DNA from: Oscillospiraceae bacterium
GTDB taxonomy: Bacteria; Bacillota; Clostridia; Oscillospirales; Acutalibacteraceae
Direction: 5' to 3'
Assembly (NCBI GenBank): GCA_902797875.1
Contig: CADBUL010000010.1
Span: 1-59,261, forward strand
DNA length: 59,261 nt
Position 1 is the first letter of the stretch. Every line of letters begins with the position of its first letter. The notes beneath the pieces are model-generated. The model was not told the origin of the DNA. It did no database searches and worked only from the letters and a program-made list of their open reading frames with translations. Positions 18,792 to 26,969 of this stretch are shown here, in pieces. Both the position numbers and the translations under genes were made by a program.

Positions 18792-19166
18792 CTAATTAAG
18801 CGGAATTATTGGGAGAGCATTTTCGCCGCTGCCCGTAATAAAGGGCGAGGTTGAACTTTTTGTGCTTTTAGAAGCGGTAGAAGCCGCGTCGGCGCTTTGG
18901 GTTTTGGAACTTGCGGCTTGGGTCGATACGGCGGAGTCAGACGAAGCGCCGTCTTCTTCAAACGGGTCGGCAGGAAGCTCGCCGCGTTCGGTCGCAACAG
19001 AGGTAGTGTTGCCCGTTTTGCTTTGGGTGGTTTGACTTGCGGAATTTGTAGTATTTGAGCCTTCAGACGAGCCGTTAGCGTCTTGGGTGTTATGGCAGGC
19101 GCAAAGCGACAACAAAGCCGCCGCTAAAAGCGATACAAGAATAATTTTAACTGTGTGTTTCATCAT
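18792..19166 (-). CDS. Small Ser/Thr-rich lipoprotein-like protein
   Basis: The signal plus lipobox is MMKHTVKIILVSLLAAALLSLCAC. About 100 aa of S/T/A/Q-rich low-complexity sequence follows, ending SPFITGSGENALPIIPLN. The stop lies 1 nt before the next gene's start. Confidence 0.6.
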   Translation of the reverse strand: MMKHTVKIILVSLLAAALLSLCACHNTQDANGSSEGSNTTNSASQTTQSKTGNTTSVATERGELPADPFEEDGASSDSAVSTQAASSKTQSADAASTASKSTKSSTSPFITGSGENALPIIPLN

Positions 19167-19242
19167 AAAAACCTTCCCAAAAAATAAATAGATTTTTACT
19201 AATATATTGTATCATATTTATTATAACAATGCAACCCGAAAA

Positions 19243-19273
19243 TAAAAAAACCGGGAACCTTGCGGTTCCCGGT
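19243..19273 (-). terminator. Rho-independent terminator of the 1447-aa protein gene
   Basis: The stem is accgggaacc (19250-19259) paired with ggttcccggt (19264-19273), with loop ttgc. A U-tract follows on the minus strand (plus-strand aaaaaaa at 19243-19249). Confidence 0.8.
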
Positions 19274-19294
19274 AAAAACTATAAGTGTTTTGTA

Positions 19295-22200
19295 TTAGTC
19301 TACCATATTGAAGTAATCTTCGGCGGCTTCACTCATAGCATAGATGCCTTTGCACAATACTACGAGAGCTTCGTAATTTTCGGGTTCGGGGTTATTTTCA
19401 GAAGGAGTGAAGCTTAACCAACCCTTAACATAAACGAGTGCATTGTAAGAAGCCGTAAGGGCAACGTTGCCGTCTCTCTTAATGGTGATGCTGATCATCT
19501 TATTAAGATATCTTGCGGGGATGTCCTTAACCTCGAAGTAAGGAGTACCGTCGGTAGCTCTCAGACCGCTGTTGGTTCTTGCACCGAAGGTTGCAAGCGA
19601 CTTACCGTCCATAGTGGCTTCGAAGGTGTAGTCTTCAATAGTAGAATCATCTTCAAAGTCAACATAGAAACGAACTGCCGACTGCGAGGTGGCGAAGAAC
19701 GAGGCGCTCTTTACTTTGATACCAATATGGTTGTTGCTGTAAGATCTCGAAGCGGTGATATCGCTTGCAGAAATGCCGCTGATATCAACTTTGTAGTTTT
19801 CGTCTGCTTTAACCGCAGCTATGGTGCCAAAGTAATCTTGCGCGGCGGCGCCGTAGGTAAGGGTTGTTTTGCAGAAGTTTACGAGCGAGCGGCTTGCATC
19901 ATCGTCGTTAACCTTGTAGATATTGATGTACTGTTCAAGTACGTCTTTGATGCTGGTTACCCAGGTCGATTCGCCATTGTGGAATTCGTCAACAAGCGTA
20001 TCGCCATCATAAAGTTCAATAACGATGTCGTTAGCGATCTGGCTGGCGTCAAGGCTGGTAGGCAACATCAAGAAGTTTGCGAGTGAGCCTACGCCCGCAG
20101 AAAAGTCGCCTTCGTAAAGTTCAATAACTCTTTCGGTATTATCCGAATTGTAGGTTCTGACTACGAGTTTCGGAGAAGCGAGGTGATAGCCGTCGATATC
20201 AAGCGCGATGCTAAGACCGATGTCGCCGTCGAACGAAAGGTTACCGTATTCAACAGGAGCCGCAACGGTAAGTTTAATGTATTCGTTGAAGAAATCTATA
20301 CCGCCGGACTGGGTAAAGTTAACGTCAAGCGAATAGTCGCTGCAGCCGGGGCAGGTGTAGTATGCAACGTTACCGTCAACATCAACCGTAGGAGCAACCG
20401 CCGCATGATAGGTAAGAAGCTCGGCATTGCCGTGGAAGTGCGGAAGAACGGTGCTTTCGATAGTGATAACATTATCGGAACCGTCAACTACCTGTGAGCA
20501 TCTGCTGCATACTTTGTATGCGGTGTGACCGTCAACGGTGCAGGTAGGAGCCTGATATGCATATACGGTGTAGTCATGGCCTAAAGCGGCTATTACTACG
20601 CTACCCTCAATTACATTTTCGCAAGCTTCTTCAGAATAGTTCTTGCCGCAGGTTGCGCAAGACCAGTATTCGATGCTACCGGCAGCGGTGCAGGTTGCTG
20701 CAACAGCCGCATGGTGGGTAAGATCGTGAGCAGGTCTTTCACCCTTGGTGATTTCGGACCACGGAACTACATTGCCGCTGGTGTTCTTGTAAGAACCGCA
20801 GTCTTCGCAGTAGTAGTATGCATAGTGACCGTCGGAATCGCAAGAAAGGGTGGTTTCGGGAACGAGATCGCCCCAAACGTGGGTATGAGTAACAACCGTT
20901 ACGTCGTCAAGATAGGCAGCGTTTGCGGAAGTCCAAACGATATCTACATAATCACCGGCAGAAAGGGTGAAGGTGTAGCTGTACTGTCTCCAATCAGAAC
21001 CTCTGGGGGTGTCGTAAACGAGTTCGGCTGCGGGGCCTTCGTTTGCGGTGCTCATAGCTCTAAGACCGTTATCTGTATCGTTGCAAACGAGGGTGGTGTC
21101 GATGCTGTTGTGGTTGTAAACACCAAAGCCGTTACCGCCGCCTTTATAATAGAAGGTGATGGTGTAGGCATTGCCGTTAGTAAGTCTAAGACGTTTACCA
21201 ACGCCACGAACAGCGCCGCCGAAGTCGAGCTTCAAGCTGGTAGAAGAGTTGTAGGATTCGGAAGTGTCAGGTACCGCTCTAACCGGTGAATAGTTACCGG
21301 TTCTAACGGTGATCCATCCGTCTTCATTTTCGCCGTTTGTGATATTGCTGCCCAAATATGAATATTTAGGAGAAATGGATTCCATATCGCCGCCTTCCCA
21401 GTAATTGGTGGTAGCGGTAGGAGCAAACTTGGCAACAAAGTTGCCTTCGGTGCCGATGGTGGCAGTGTAGGAAGCATTGGACGAAACCTTGCTTCCGCCA
21501 AGGTACCAACCGTCGAAGCTAAAGCCCGAAGCGGGTGTTGCGGTAAGGGTTACGGTATCGCCTTCGGTTGCGCTGGCGCTGGAAGCAGAAGCAGTGTTGC
21601 CGCCGGTGAACGAAGGATAAGGTCTATTCATACCGGCAAAGTCGACATCGGTGCTAACGGCTACAACAGCCGGTGCTTTATTAAGCACGAAATCGTCGTA
21701 GATAGCTTCTACGTTGCTGCCTTCACCGAGTATAAAGTTGGCTACCGATTTATCTGAAGGCATGGTAAATGTAACGGTTACATATTCCCATGTATTGTTG
21801 GATGCGGTAGAGAAAGCATTACCGGATGTTCTGATATTTGCGCTCATAGAGGTGATAATGCTATCATCATTCGCTGATACATGATAGTTATAAATTTGGT
21901 CTAACGCGGTAATGTCAAAGCCCTGTGCAACGCCCTTGAACCAGAACGAAAGGCTGTAAGATTTGCCTGCGGTCAGTTGAATCTGACGGCTGGCGGCACG
22001 TTTTGCGCTCTTAAGTTGAACCATAAGACCGGCCGTACCGTTTTTATTACAGTAAATTCCGCCTGAGTTATCCATACGGGCGGCACGCTGGTTAGCATTT
22101 GCAGCTAACAGGTAACCACGCCAACCGTAGGTGCTGACATTATATATAGGTGTAGTATCGCTGGCGGATCTTTGACCGTAGATGTAGTTAACGTTACCAC

Positions 22201-23638
22201 CGCTGGTAAACTCACCAGAGAAGAAACCTGTTCCGTAGGGTTCCATACCGCACTGGTCGGGAGCGCCGTCAACTGCCCATTCATTGGGAACGACGGGTTC
22301 GGATTCGTAAACTTCGAATTCGTCATAAGCCGCTTCCGCGGTGTTGCTGTTGCCTTCATAAAGAATAAAGTTGGCAACCGATTTGTCATCGGGCATTGTA
22401 AAGGTTACATATACATGTTCCCAGGTATCGCCGCTTGAGGTAGACCAAGCGGAAGATGTGCTGGTAACGTCGGCACTCATCGAGGTGATAATGCTATCGT
22501 TGTTAGCCGGTACGTGGTAGTTGTAAATTTGGTCTAAAGCAGTAATATCAAAGCCAAGAACATAACCTTTGAACCAGAACGCGAAGGTGTAAGATTTACC
22601 GGCTTCAAGTTGAATTTGACGGCTTACTGCACGTTTAGCATACCTAAGCTGAACTAAAAAGCCAACAGTACCTGAATGGTAATAATTTACACGGGGAGAT
22701 CCGCCGTAGTCATAACGACCTGTACGTGCATTTGCGTCTTTGGTTAAACCGTAACCACGCCAACCGTAGGTACTTACTTGATATTTAGGTGTGGTATCGT
22801 TCTCGCCATTTTGGCCGAAAATGTAGTTACTGCTTGGAACTGACGAACCTTCGCCCGAGAAATAGCCGGTATTCCAAGCGCCGCCGCCGCACTGATCGGG
22901 GGCGCCGTCTACTGCCCAGTAATTTCGAGCAACTTCAACAAGTAAGAATTCGTCATAAGCCGCATGGGTATCATAACCTTCACCAAGAATGAAGTTGGCT
23001 ACCGATTTGTCGGCGGGCATGGTGAAGTTTACGGTGATGTAACCCCAAGAAGCATCGCTTGTTACATCCGAATAAGAAGCGGTGATGTCCGCGGTCGAAG
23101 AGGTGATAATGCTGTCGCCGGTGGATACGTGGTAGTTATAGATTTGATCCAAAGCCTTAATGTCGAAACCTTTTGCCTGGCCTTTGAACCAGAATGAAAG
23201 ACTGTAGGATTTGCCTGCGGTAAGTTGGATCTGACGGCTTACCGCGCGGGTAGTGCTACCGCCGGCGGTAAACTGAACGATAAAGCCGCAGGGCGCAGTG
23301 TGGTAATAGTTAACTCCACCGGAATCGTCCATACGGGCGGCACGCTGACCTGCTGACGCAGCCAGACCGTAACCACGCCAACCGTAGGGGCTGACGCCGT
23401 ATTTAGCGGTTGTGTCCGATGAGCTGTTCTGACCAAAAACATAGTTTTTGTTCGGAACGCTAGTACCTTCACCAGAGAAGAAGTCGCCATTGTAGGCGCC
23501 AAATTGGCTCTGGTCGGGACCGTCTGCAACGTCCCAGAGGTTTACAACCTCGTCTGCCGAAGCAGTGATGGTAAAGCAACCGTAAATGGTTGTAAGTACC
23601 AAGCAAATGCTCAGCAGAATTGCCAGACTTTTTTTCAT
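19295..23638 (-). CDS. Large secreted multi-repeat protein (3 tandem + 1 divergent CBM-like jelly-roll modules, InlB-B/List-Bact-type repeat, 4 Cys-rich modules, C-terminal domain)
   Basis: The signal peptide is MKKSLAILLSICLVLTTIYGCFTITASA. Three modules of about 210 aa share WAVDGAPDQCG...YGWRGY...RAVSRQIQL.AGKSY..FWFKG...GFDI.ALDQIYNYHV...KSVANFIL.EG...YDEF. I see no LPXTG motif and no C-terminal TM helix. Confidence 0.85.
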   Translation of the reverse strand: MKKSLAILLSICLVLTTIYGCFTITASADEVVNLWDVADGPDQSQFGAYNGDFFSGEGTSVPNKNYVFGQNSSSDTTAKYGVSPYGWRGYGLAASAGQRAARMDDSGGVNYYHTAPCGFIVQFTAGGSTTRAVSRQIQLTAGKSYSLSFWFKGQAKGFDIKALDQIYNYHVSTGDSIITSSTADITASYSDVTSDASWGYITVNFTMPADKSVANFILGEGYDTHAAYDEFLLVEVARNYWAVDGAPDQCGGGAWNTGYFSGEGSSVPSSNYIFGQNGENDTTPKYQVSTYGWRGYGLTKDANARTGRYDYGGSPRVNYYHSGTVGFLVQLRYAKRAVSRQIQLEAGKSYTFAFWFKGYVLGFDITALDQIYNYHVPANNDSIITSMSADVTSTSSAWSTSSGDTWEHVYVTFTMPDDKSVANFILYEGNSNTAEAAYDEFEVYESEPVVPNEWAVDGAPDQCGMEPYGTGFFSGEFTSGGNVNYIYGQRSASDTTPIYNVSTYGWRGYLLAANANQRAARMDNSGGIYCNKNGTAGLMVQLKSAKRAASRQIQLTAGKSYSLSFWFKGVAQGFDITALDQIYNYHVSANDDSIITSMSANIRTSGNAFSTASNNTWEYVTVTFTMPSDKSVANFILGEGSNVEAIYDDFVLNKAPAVVAVSTDVDFAGMNRPYPSFTGGNTASASSASATEGDTVTLTATPASGFSFDGWYLGGSKVSSNASYTATIGTEGNFVAKFAPTATTNYWEGGDMESISPKYSYLGSNITNGENEDGWITVRTGNYSPVRAVPDTSESYNSSTSLKLDFGGAVRGVGKRLRLTNGNAYTITFYYKGGGNGFGVYNHNSIDTTLVCNDTDNGLRAMSTANEGPAAELVYDTPRGSDWRQYSYTFTLSAGDYVDIVWTSANAAYLDDVTVVTHTHVWGDLVPETTLSCDSDGHYAYYYCEDCGSYKNTSGNVVPWSEITKGERPAHDLTHHAAVAATCTAAGSIEYWSCATCGKNYSEEACENVIEGSVVIAALGHDYTVYAYQAPTCTVDGHTAYKVCSRCSQVVDGSDNVITIESTVLPHFHGNAELLTYHAAVAPTVDVDGNVAYYTCPGCSDYSLDVNFTQSGGIDFFNEYIKLTVAAPVEYGNLSFDGDIGLSIALDIDGYHLASPKLVVRTYNSDNTERVIELYEGDFSAGVGSLANFLMLPTSLDASQIANDIVIELYDGDTLVDEFHNGESTWVTSIKDVLEQYINIYKVNDDDASRSLVNFCKTTLTYGAAAQDYFGTIAAVKADENYKVDISGISASDITASRSYSNNHIGIKVKSASFFATSQSAVRFYVDFEDDSTIEDYTFEATMDGKSLATFGARTNSGLRATDGTPYFEVKDIPARYLNKMISITIKRDGNVALTASYNALVYVKGWLSFTPSENNPEPENYEALVVLCKGIYAMSEAAEDYFNMVD
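21674..23536. repeat. Three tandem ~630-bp intragenic direct repeats
   Basis: Protein modules aa 35-240, 241-453 and 454-655 of the 1447-aa ORF are clearly homologous. Long identical peptide strings (SRQIQLTAGKSYSLSFWFKG, ALDQIYNYHV, DKSVANFILGEG) imply long near-identical DNA stretches. Confidence 0.85.
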
Positions 23639-23712
23639 TTTTCTTTCCTCCTAAATATAAAGTATGTTGCTAATATGGTTTTGCAACACAATTGGGTTTA
23701 CTCCTAAGTTAC

Positions 23713-23741
23713 ATTATATATATTTAGTTCACAATTGTCAA
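23713..23741 (-). promoter_or_regulatory. Consensus sigma-A promoter of the 1447-aa protein gene
   Basis: The minus strand reads TTGACA (23741-23736) - 17 nt - TATAAT (23718-23713). An AGGAGG RBS precedes the ATG at 23638. Confidence 0.7.
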
Positions 23742-23927
23742 CAATTTTTGTTAAAAATGCATATGCTATTTGTTACAAAATAATGAATTTTAATTTGGTT
23801 AAAATGTATAATATTTTAAGGTCACACTGCCGACAAACATATTCGGGCGCGGGGAAGAATATATAATGTATAATATATGGCGCGGCGGTTTGCCGGGGGC
23901 AGCGAGAGCGCAAGCGGAACGGAAAAG

Positions 23928-23961
23928 ACAAAGAAAAAAGGATGTGAAGCATTTCACATCC
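23928..23961 (-). terminator. Rho-independent terminator of rpsF-ssb-rpsR operon
   Basis: The stem is ggatgtgaa (23940-23948) paired with ttcacatcc (23953-23961). A U-tract follows on the minus strand (plus-strand aagaaaaaa). Confidence 0.75.
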
Positions 23962-24027
23962 TTTTATAAAAACCTTTTTGTTTTTCCGCCGCCGCGAAAA
24001 GCATGGGCGGACCGTTACGTCTGCCGT

Positions 24028-24267
24028 TTAATCGCTAACGTAAGGAAGCAGCGCAACCTGTCTTGCGCGCTTAATGGCGGTAGTAAGAGAACGCTGATGT
24101 TTAGCGCAGGTGCCCGTAACTCTGCGAGGGAGAATTTTGGCTCTCTCGGAGATGCACTTGGTTAACCTTGCAACATCCTTGTAATCGATTTCTTCTACAC
24201 GCGCAGCGCAGAACTGGCAAACCTTTCTGCGACCTTTGCGGTGCATAGGTCTATCGTTTTTATCCAT
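24028..24267 (-). CDS. rpsR: 30S ribosomal protein S18
   Basis: 79 aa, [45 protein letters not shown] is an S18 signature. Confidence 0.95.
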   Translation of the reverse strand: MDKNDRPMHRKGRRKVCQFCAARVEEIDYKDVARLTKCISERAKILPRRVTGTCAKHQRSLTTAIKRARQVALLPYVSD

Positions 24268-24297
24268 TAAAGATTATCCTTTCTGTATCTAAATAAA

Positions 24298-24711
24298 TCA
24301 GAATGGCAGATCGTCGTCATTACCGCTGATTTCGGTAAAGTCGCTTTCTTCGGCGTTCGAGAAAGCGGGAGCGGCGCTATCGCCCTGCTGATTACTCTTG
24401 AAGTCGGCAAATTGAACGTTGGATGCTACGACCTCGTAAGCGGTGCGGTTTTTGCCCTCTTTATCCTGATAACGGCGGGTCTGAAGCGAGCCTTCAACGG
24501 CAATCATCTGTCCCTTTTTGAAGTATTTCGAAACAAATTCAGCCGAAGCGCGCCAGGCTACGACGTTGATAAAGTCGGTTTGTCTTTCTTCGCCGGAACG
24601 GTATCTGCGTTCAACCGCAACCGAGAAACTGCAAACACTTATTCCTGAAGATGTGGTCTTGAGTTCGGGATCGGCGGTAAGTCTGCCGGTCAAAACAACT
24701 ACGTTAAGCAT
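24298..24711 (-). CDS. ssb: Single-stranded DNA-binding protein
   Basis: MLNVVVLTGRLTADPELKTTSSGISVCSFSVAVERRY... forms the OB fold, and the acidic tail is DDDLPF. Confidence 0.95.
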   Translation of the reverse strand: MLNVVVLTGRLTADPELKTTSSGISVCSFSVAVERRYRSGEERQTDFINVVAWRASAEFVSKYFKKGQMIAVEGSLQTRRYQDKEGKNRTAYEVVASNVQFADFKSNQQGDSAAPAFSNAEESDFTEISGNDDDLPF

Positions 24712-24719
24712 GTTGCATC

Positions 24720-25001
24720 CTACTTTCTGACGGTGAGTACTCTGAGTACGCCGTCGGTTATTTTGGCTACACGTTCAAGCTCGGCGGGAAGGGTTCCTTC
24801 GCTTTCAAAATTGTATAAAGCGTAGTAGCCTTCGGGTTGGTCGTCGATAGCGTAGGCAAGACGACGCTTACCCCATTCGTCAACGCTTTCGAGCGAGCCG
24901 TTCTTTTCGATGAGCGCCTTGAACTTTTCGACAAGTTCTTTGGTTTTATCTTCGCCGTCTTTTACGGTGAAGATAAGCATGGCTTCGTATTTGGCTGTCA
25001 T
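24720..25001 (-). CDS. rpsF: 30S ribosomal protein S6 (start trimmed to ATG at 25001)
   Basis: MTAKYEAMLIFTVKDGEDKTKELVEKFKALIEKNG...DEWGKRRLAYAI is a typical S6. GGAGG lies about 10 nt upstream. Confidence 0.93.
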   Translation of the reverse strand: MTAKYEAMLIFTVKDGEDKTKELVEKFKALIEKNGSLESVDEWGKRRLAYAIDDQPEGYYALYNFESEGTLPAELERVAKITDGVLRVLTVRK

Positions 25002-25076
25002 AAACCGTTGCACCTCCTTCCGGTCAAATGGCCCCGCCTTGCGGAGCAAGGAGCTAAATATTATATTAGCCTTAAT
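25002..25076 (-). promoter_or_regulatory. rpsF 5' leader with hairpin (candidate S6:S18-binding leader)
   Basis: The leader is about 70 nt. It contains the ccttgc-tcc-gcaagg hairpin and a CCG-rich segment next to the RBS. A conserved rpsF leader that binds the S6:S18 complex is described in Firmicutes, but I cannot confirm a match by eye. Confidence 0.3.
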
Positions 25077-25105
25077 ATTATATCAAAGTATTTTTCGCAA
25101 GTCAA
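25077..25105 (-). promoter_or_regulatory. Sigma-A promoter of rpsF-ssb-rpsR
   Basis: The minus strand reads TTGACT (25105-25100) - 17 nt - TATAAT (25082-25077). Confidence 0.65.
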
Positions 25106-25123
25106 GATAAATTTTATTATATA

Positions 25124-25990
25124 TTATATTCCGGTACAATCAAAGGGCGGTATGTACTCTTCTTTAGCCGAAGATAACTCCTGTACAAAGCCGTCTTCTA
25201 CATTTTTTTGATAAAGATAATCCATTACCGCGTCGTACTCGCTCCGGTTCACCCTGCGGTTAAGCGGCGGCGGTAAACCGTTGACGGGTGTGTACTGAAA
25301 CATAAGCGAAAAAAGAGCCGCGCCCTTATACCTTGCCGCAAAAAGGTCGATAGCCCTTTTGGTGTTTTGAATGTGCCCGGGCAGAACCAGATGGCGCACG
25401 ATTACGCCCTTTTGCATAATACCGTCGATTATTTTTGTTTCTGGCTGCATTTTTATCATGGTATCGATAGCCTTTTTTGCCACCGTAAAGTAACCGGGAG
25501 CGCCGGCAAGTTTTTCGGCTGATTCATCATCGCAAAATTTAAGGTCGGGCAAAAAAATCTGCACCTTATCTTGCAAAAGTTTTAGAGTGTCGGGATTTTC
25601 GTAGGCGCTGCTGTTCCATACCACCGGTACCGCAAGGGGCCGTTCTAACACGCCCGACAAAATATGAGCGTAATGTGTTGGGGTTACAAGGTTTATATTG
25701 TGGGCGCCCTCGCTTATAAGTTTATCAAAGATTTCGCGCAGCCGCGCGGGCGTTACGGCAACGCCGTTATTTTCGGCGGTGGAGATTTCACGGTTTTGGC
25801 AGAATATACACCCCAAATTACAACCGCAGAAAAAGACCGTGCCGCTCCCCTTTGTGCCGCTTATTACGGGTTCTTCCCAAAAATGCAGCGCGGCGCGGGA
25901 AATACGAAGAGTGTCGCTTTCTTTACAAAATCCGACCCCCTTTGTGCGGTCGATATTACAGCGGCGCGGACATATTTGACAGTTACCCAT
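25124..25990 (-). CDS. Radical SAM protein (PflX/COG1313-like activase family)
   Basis: It has the CNLGCIFCQN CxxxCxxC cluster and an extra N-terminal Cys pair (CQICPRRC). It is 288 aa. Confidence 0.8.
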   Translation of the reverse strand: MGNCQICPRRCNIDRTKGVGFCKESDTLRISRAALHFWEEPVISGTKGSGTVFFCGCNLGCIFCQNREISTAENNGVAVTPARLREIFDKLISEGAHNINLVTPTHYAHILSGVLERPLAVPVVWNSSAYENPDTLKLLQDKVQIFLPDLKFCDDESAEKLAGAPGYFTVAKKAIDTMIKMQPETKIIDGIMQKGVIVRHLVLPGHIQNTKRAIDLFAARYKGAALFSLMFQYTPVNGLPPPLNRRVNRSEYDAVMDYLYQKNVEDGFVQELSSAKEEYIPPFDCTGI

Positions 25991-26969
25991 TCTGCTTTAT
26001 TGTAAAGGTGTAGTTGCCGTCATATTCAAGACCGCTTGTATGATACATGGTGTCGTCGTCCGAAATAAAGACCGCCTGCATACCCTTTACCCTGTTTATA
26101 AGTTCGGTGGCTTTTTCGCGCCCAAGCACAAACAGGGCGGTTGAAAAGGCGTCGTCCATAGCGGCGGTGCTGCCGATTACCGAAACCGATTGCAAACCGT
26201 TGTTTACCGGGTAGCCGGTTTTGGGGTCAAGTATATGGTGGTAGCGCTTGCCGTCTTTATCGAAATACCGCTGATAATTGCCCGAGGTCGCCACAACGGT
26301 TTGACCTGCCGCCGCAATTTCCGCCGAGATTTCGCCAGCTTTGCCAAAGGGGGTTTGAATGCCCACCTTAATACTCTTTTCACCGAAAACGTAAACCGTT
26401 CCGCCGAAATCGAGGGTGGCGCGTTTGATGCCGTCGAGTTTAAGACGCGAGGCGATATTGCCCACCGCGTAGCCCTTTACCACTGCGCCAAGGTCAAGTT
26501 TAGCGCCGTTTTTAAGTATAATTCGTTTGCCCGAAATCGCCACGTTTTTATAATCTACCGTCTTTAGGGCGGATTGTATGTCCTCGTCTTTAGGGACGGT
26601 CCCGTTTTCAAAGTCCCAAAGCATAGATACGGCGCCGATGGTGGGGTCGAAGGCGCCCTCGGTCATTGAGGCATAGTTTAGTGACTGTGAAAGCACCGAA
26701 ACGAGGGTTTCGCTGGCTTCTTCAAGCCGGCCCTCTTGATTTAATTTATAAATCTCGCTGTCTTTATTGTAGATATTGAAGATGGCGTCGAAGGAGTTTA
26801 CCCGCTCGACCATCGAGTCGATGATCTCGTCGGTGCAGTTATAGGCGGTGATTTTTATTGATGTATCAAGGGCGTAAAAGGTTCGCACCTTAACCCCTGC
26901 GCAACCGCTGGTAAAGATACTGCAAACCGCTACCGCAAACGCTAATATAATCGCAATTTTTTTATTCAT
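25983..26969 (-). CDS. apbE: FAD:protein FMN transferase (ApbE family lipoprotein)
   Basis: The lipobox is [24 protein letters not shown] and TSGNYQRYF...[11 protein letters not shown] are ApbE hallmarks. Confidence 0.9.
   Translation of the reverse strand: MNKKIAIILAFAVAVCSIFTSGCAGVKVRTFYALDTSIKITAYNCTDEIIDSMVERVNSFDAIFNIYNKDSEIYKLNQEGRLEEASETLVSVLSQSLNYASMTEGAFDPTIGAVSMLWDFENGTVPKDEDIQSALKTVDYKNVAISGKRIILKNGAKLDLGAVVKGYAVGNIASRLKLDGIKRATLDFGGTVYVFGEKSIKVGIQTPFGKAGEISAEIAAAGQTVVATSGNYQRYFDKDGKRYHHILDPKTGYPVNNGLQSVSVIGSTAAMDDAFSTALFVLGREKATELINRVKGMQAVFISDDDTMYHTSGLEYDGNYTFTIKQNG

Noticed and set aside
16007-19166. Classic lasso-peptide biosynthetic cluster.
   Set aside because: PqqD-like and HprK-like genes are present, but there is no asparagine-synthetase-like lasso cyclase, no B2 transglutaminase-type leader protease, no ABC exporter and no short precursor ORF. 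The transglutaminase-like lipoprotein at 12195-13592 is 3.5 kb away, in a separate transcription unit, and exported.
23866-24165. 99-aa plus-strand ORF in the rpsR downstream region.
   Set aside because: It spans the rpsR terminator hairpin and runs antisense into rpsR. It is Arg/Ala-rich, has no RBS, and is probably spurious.
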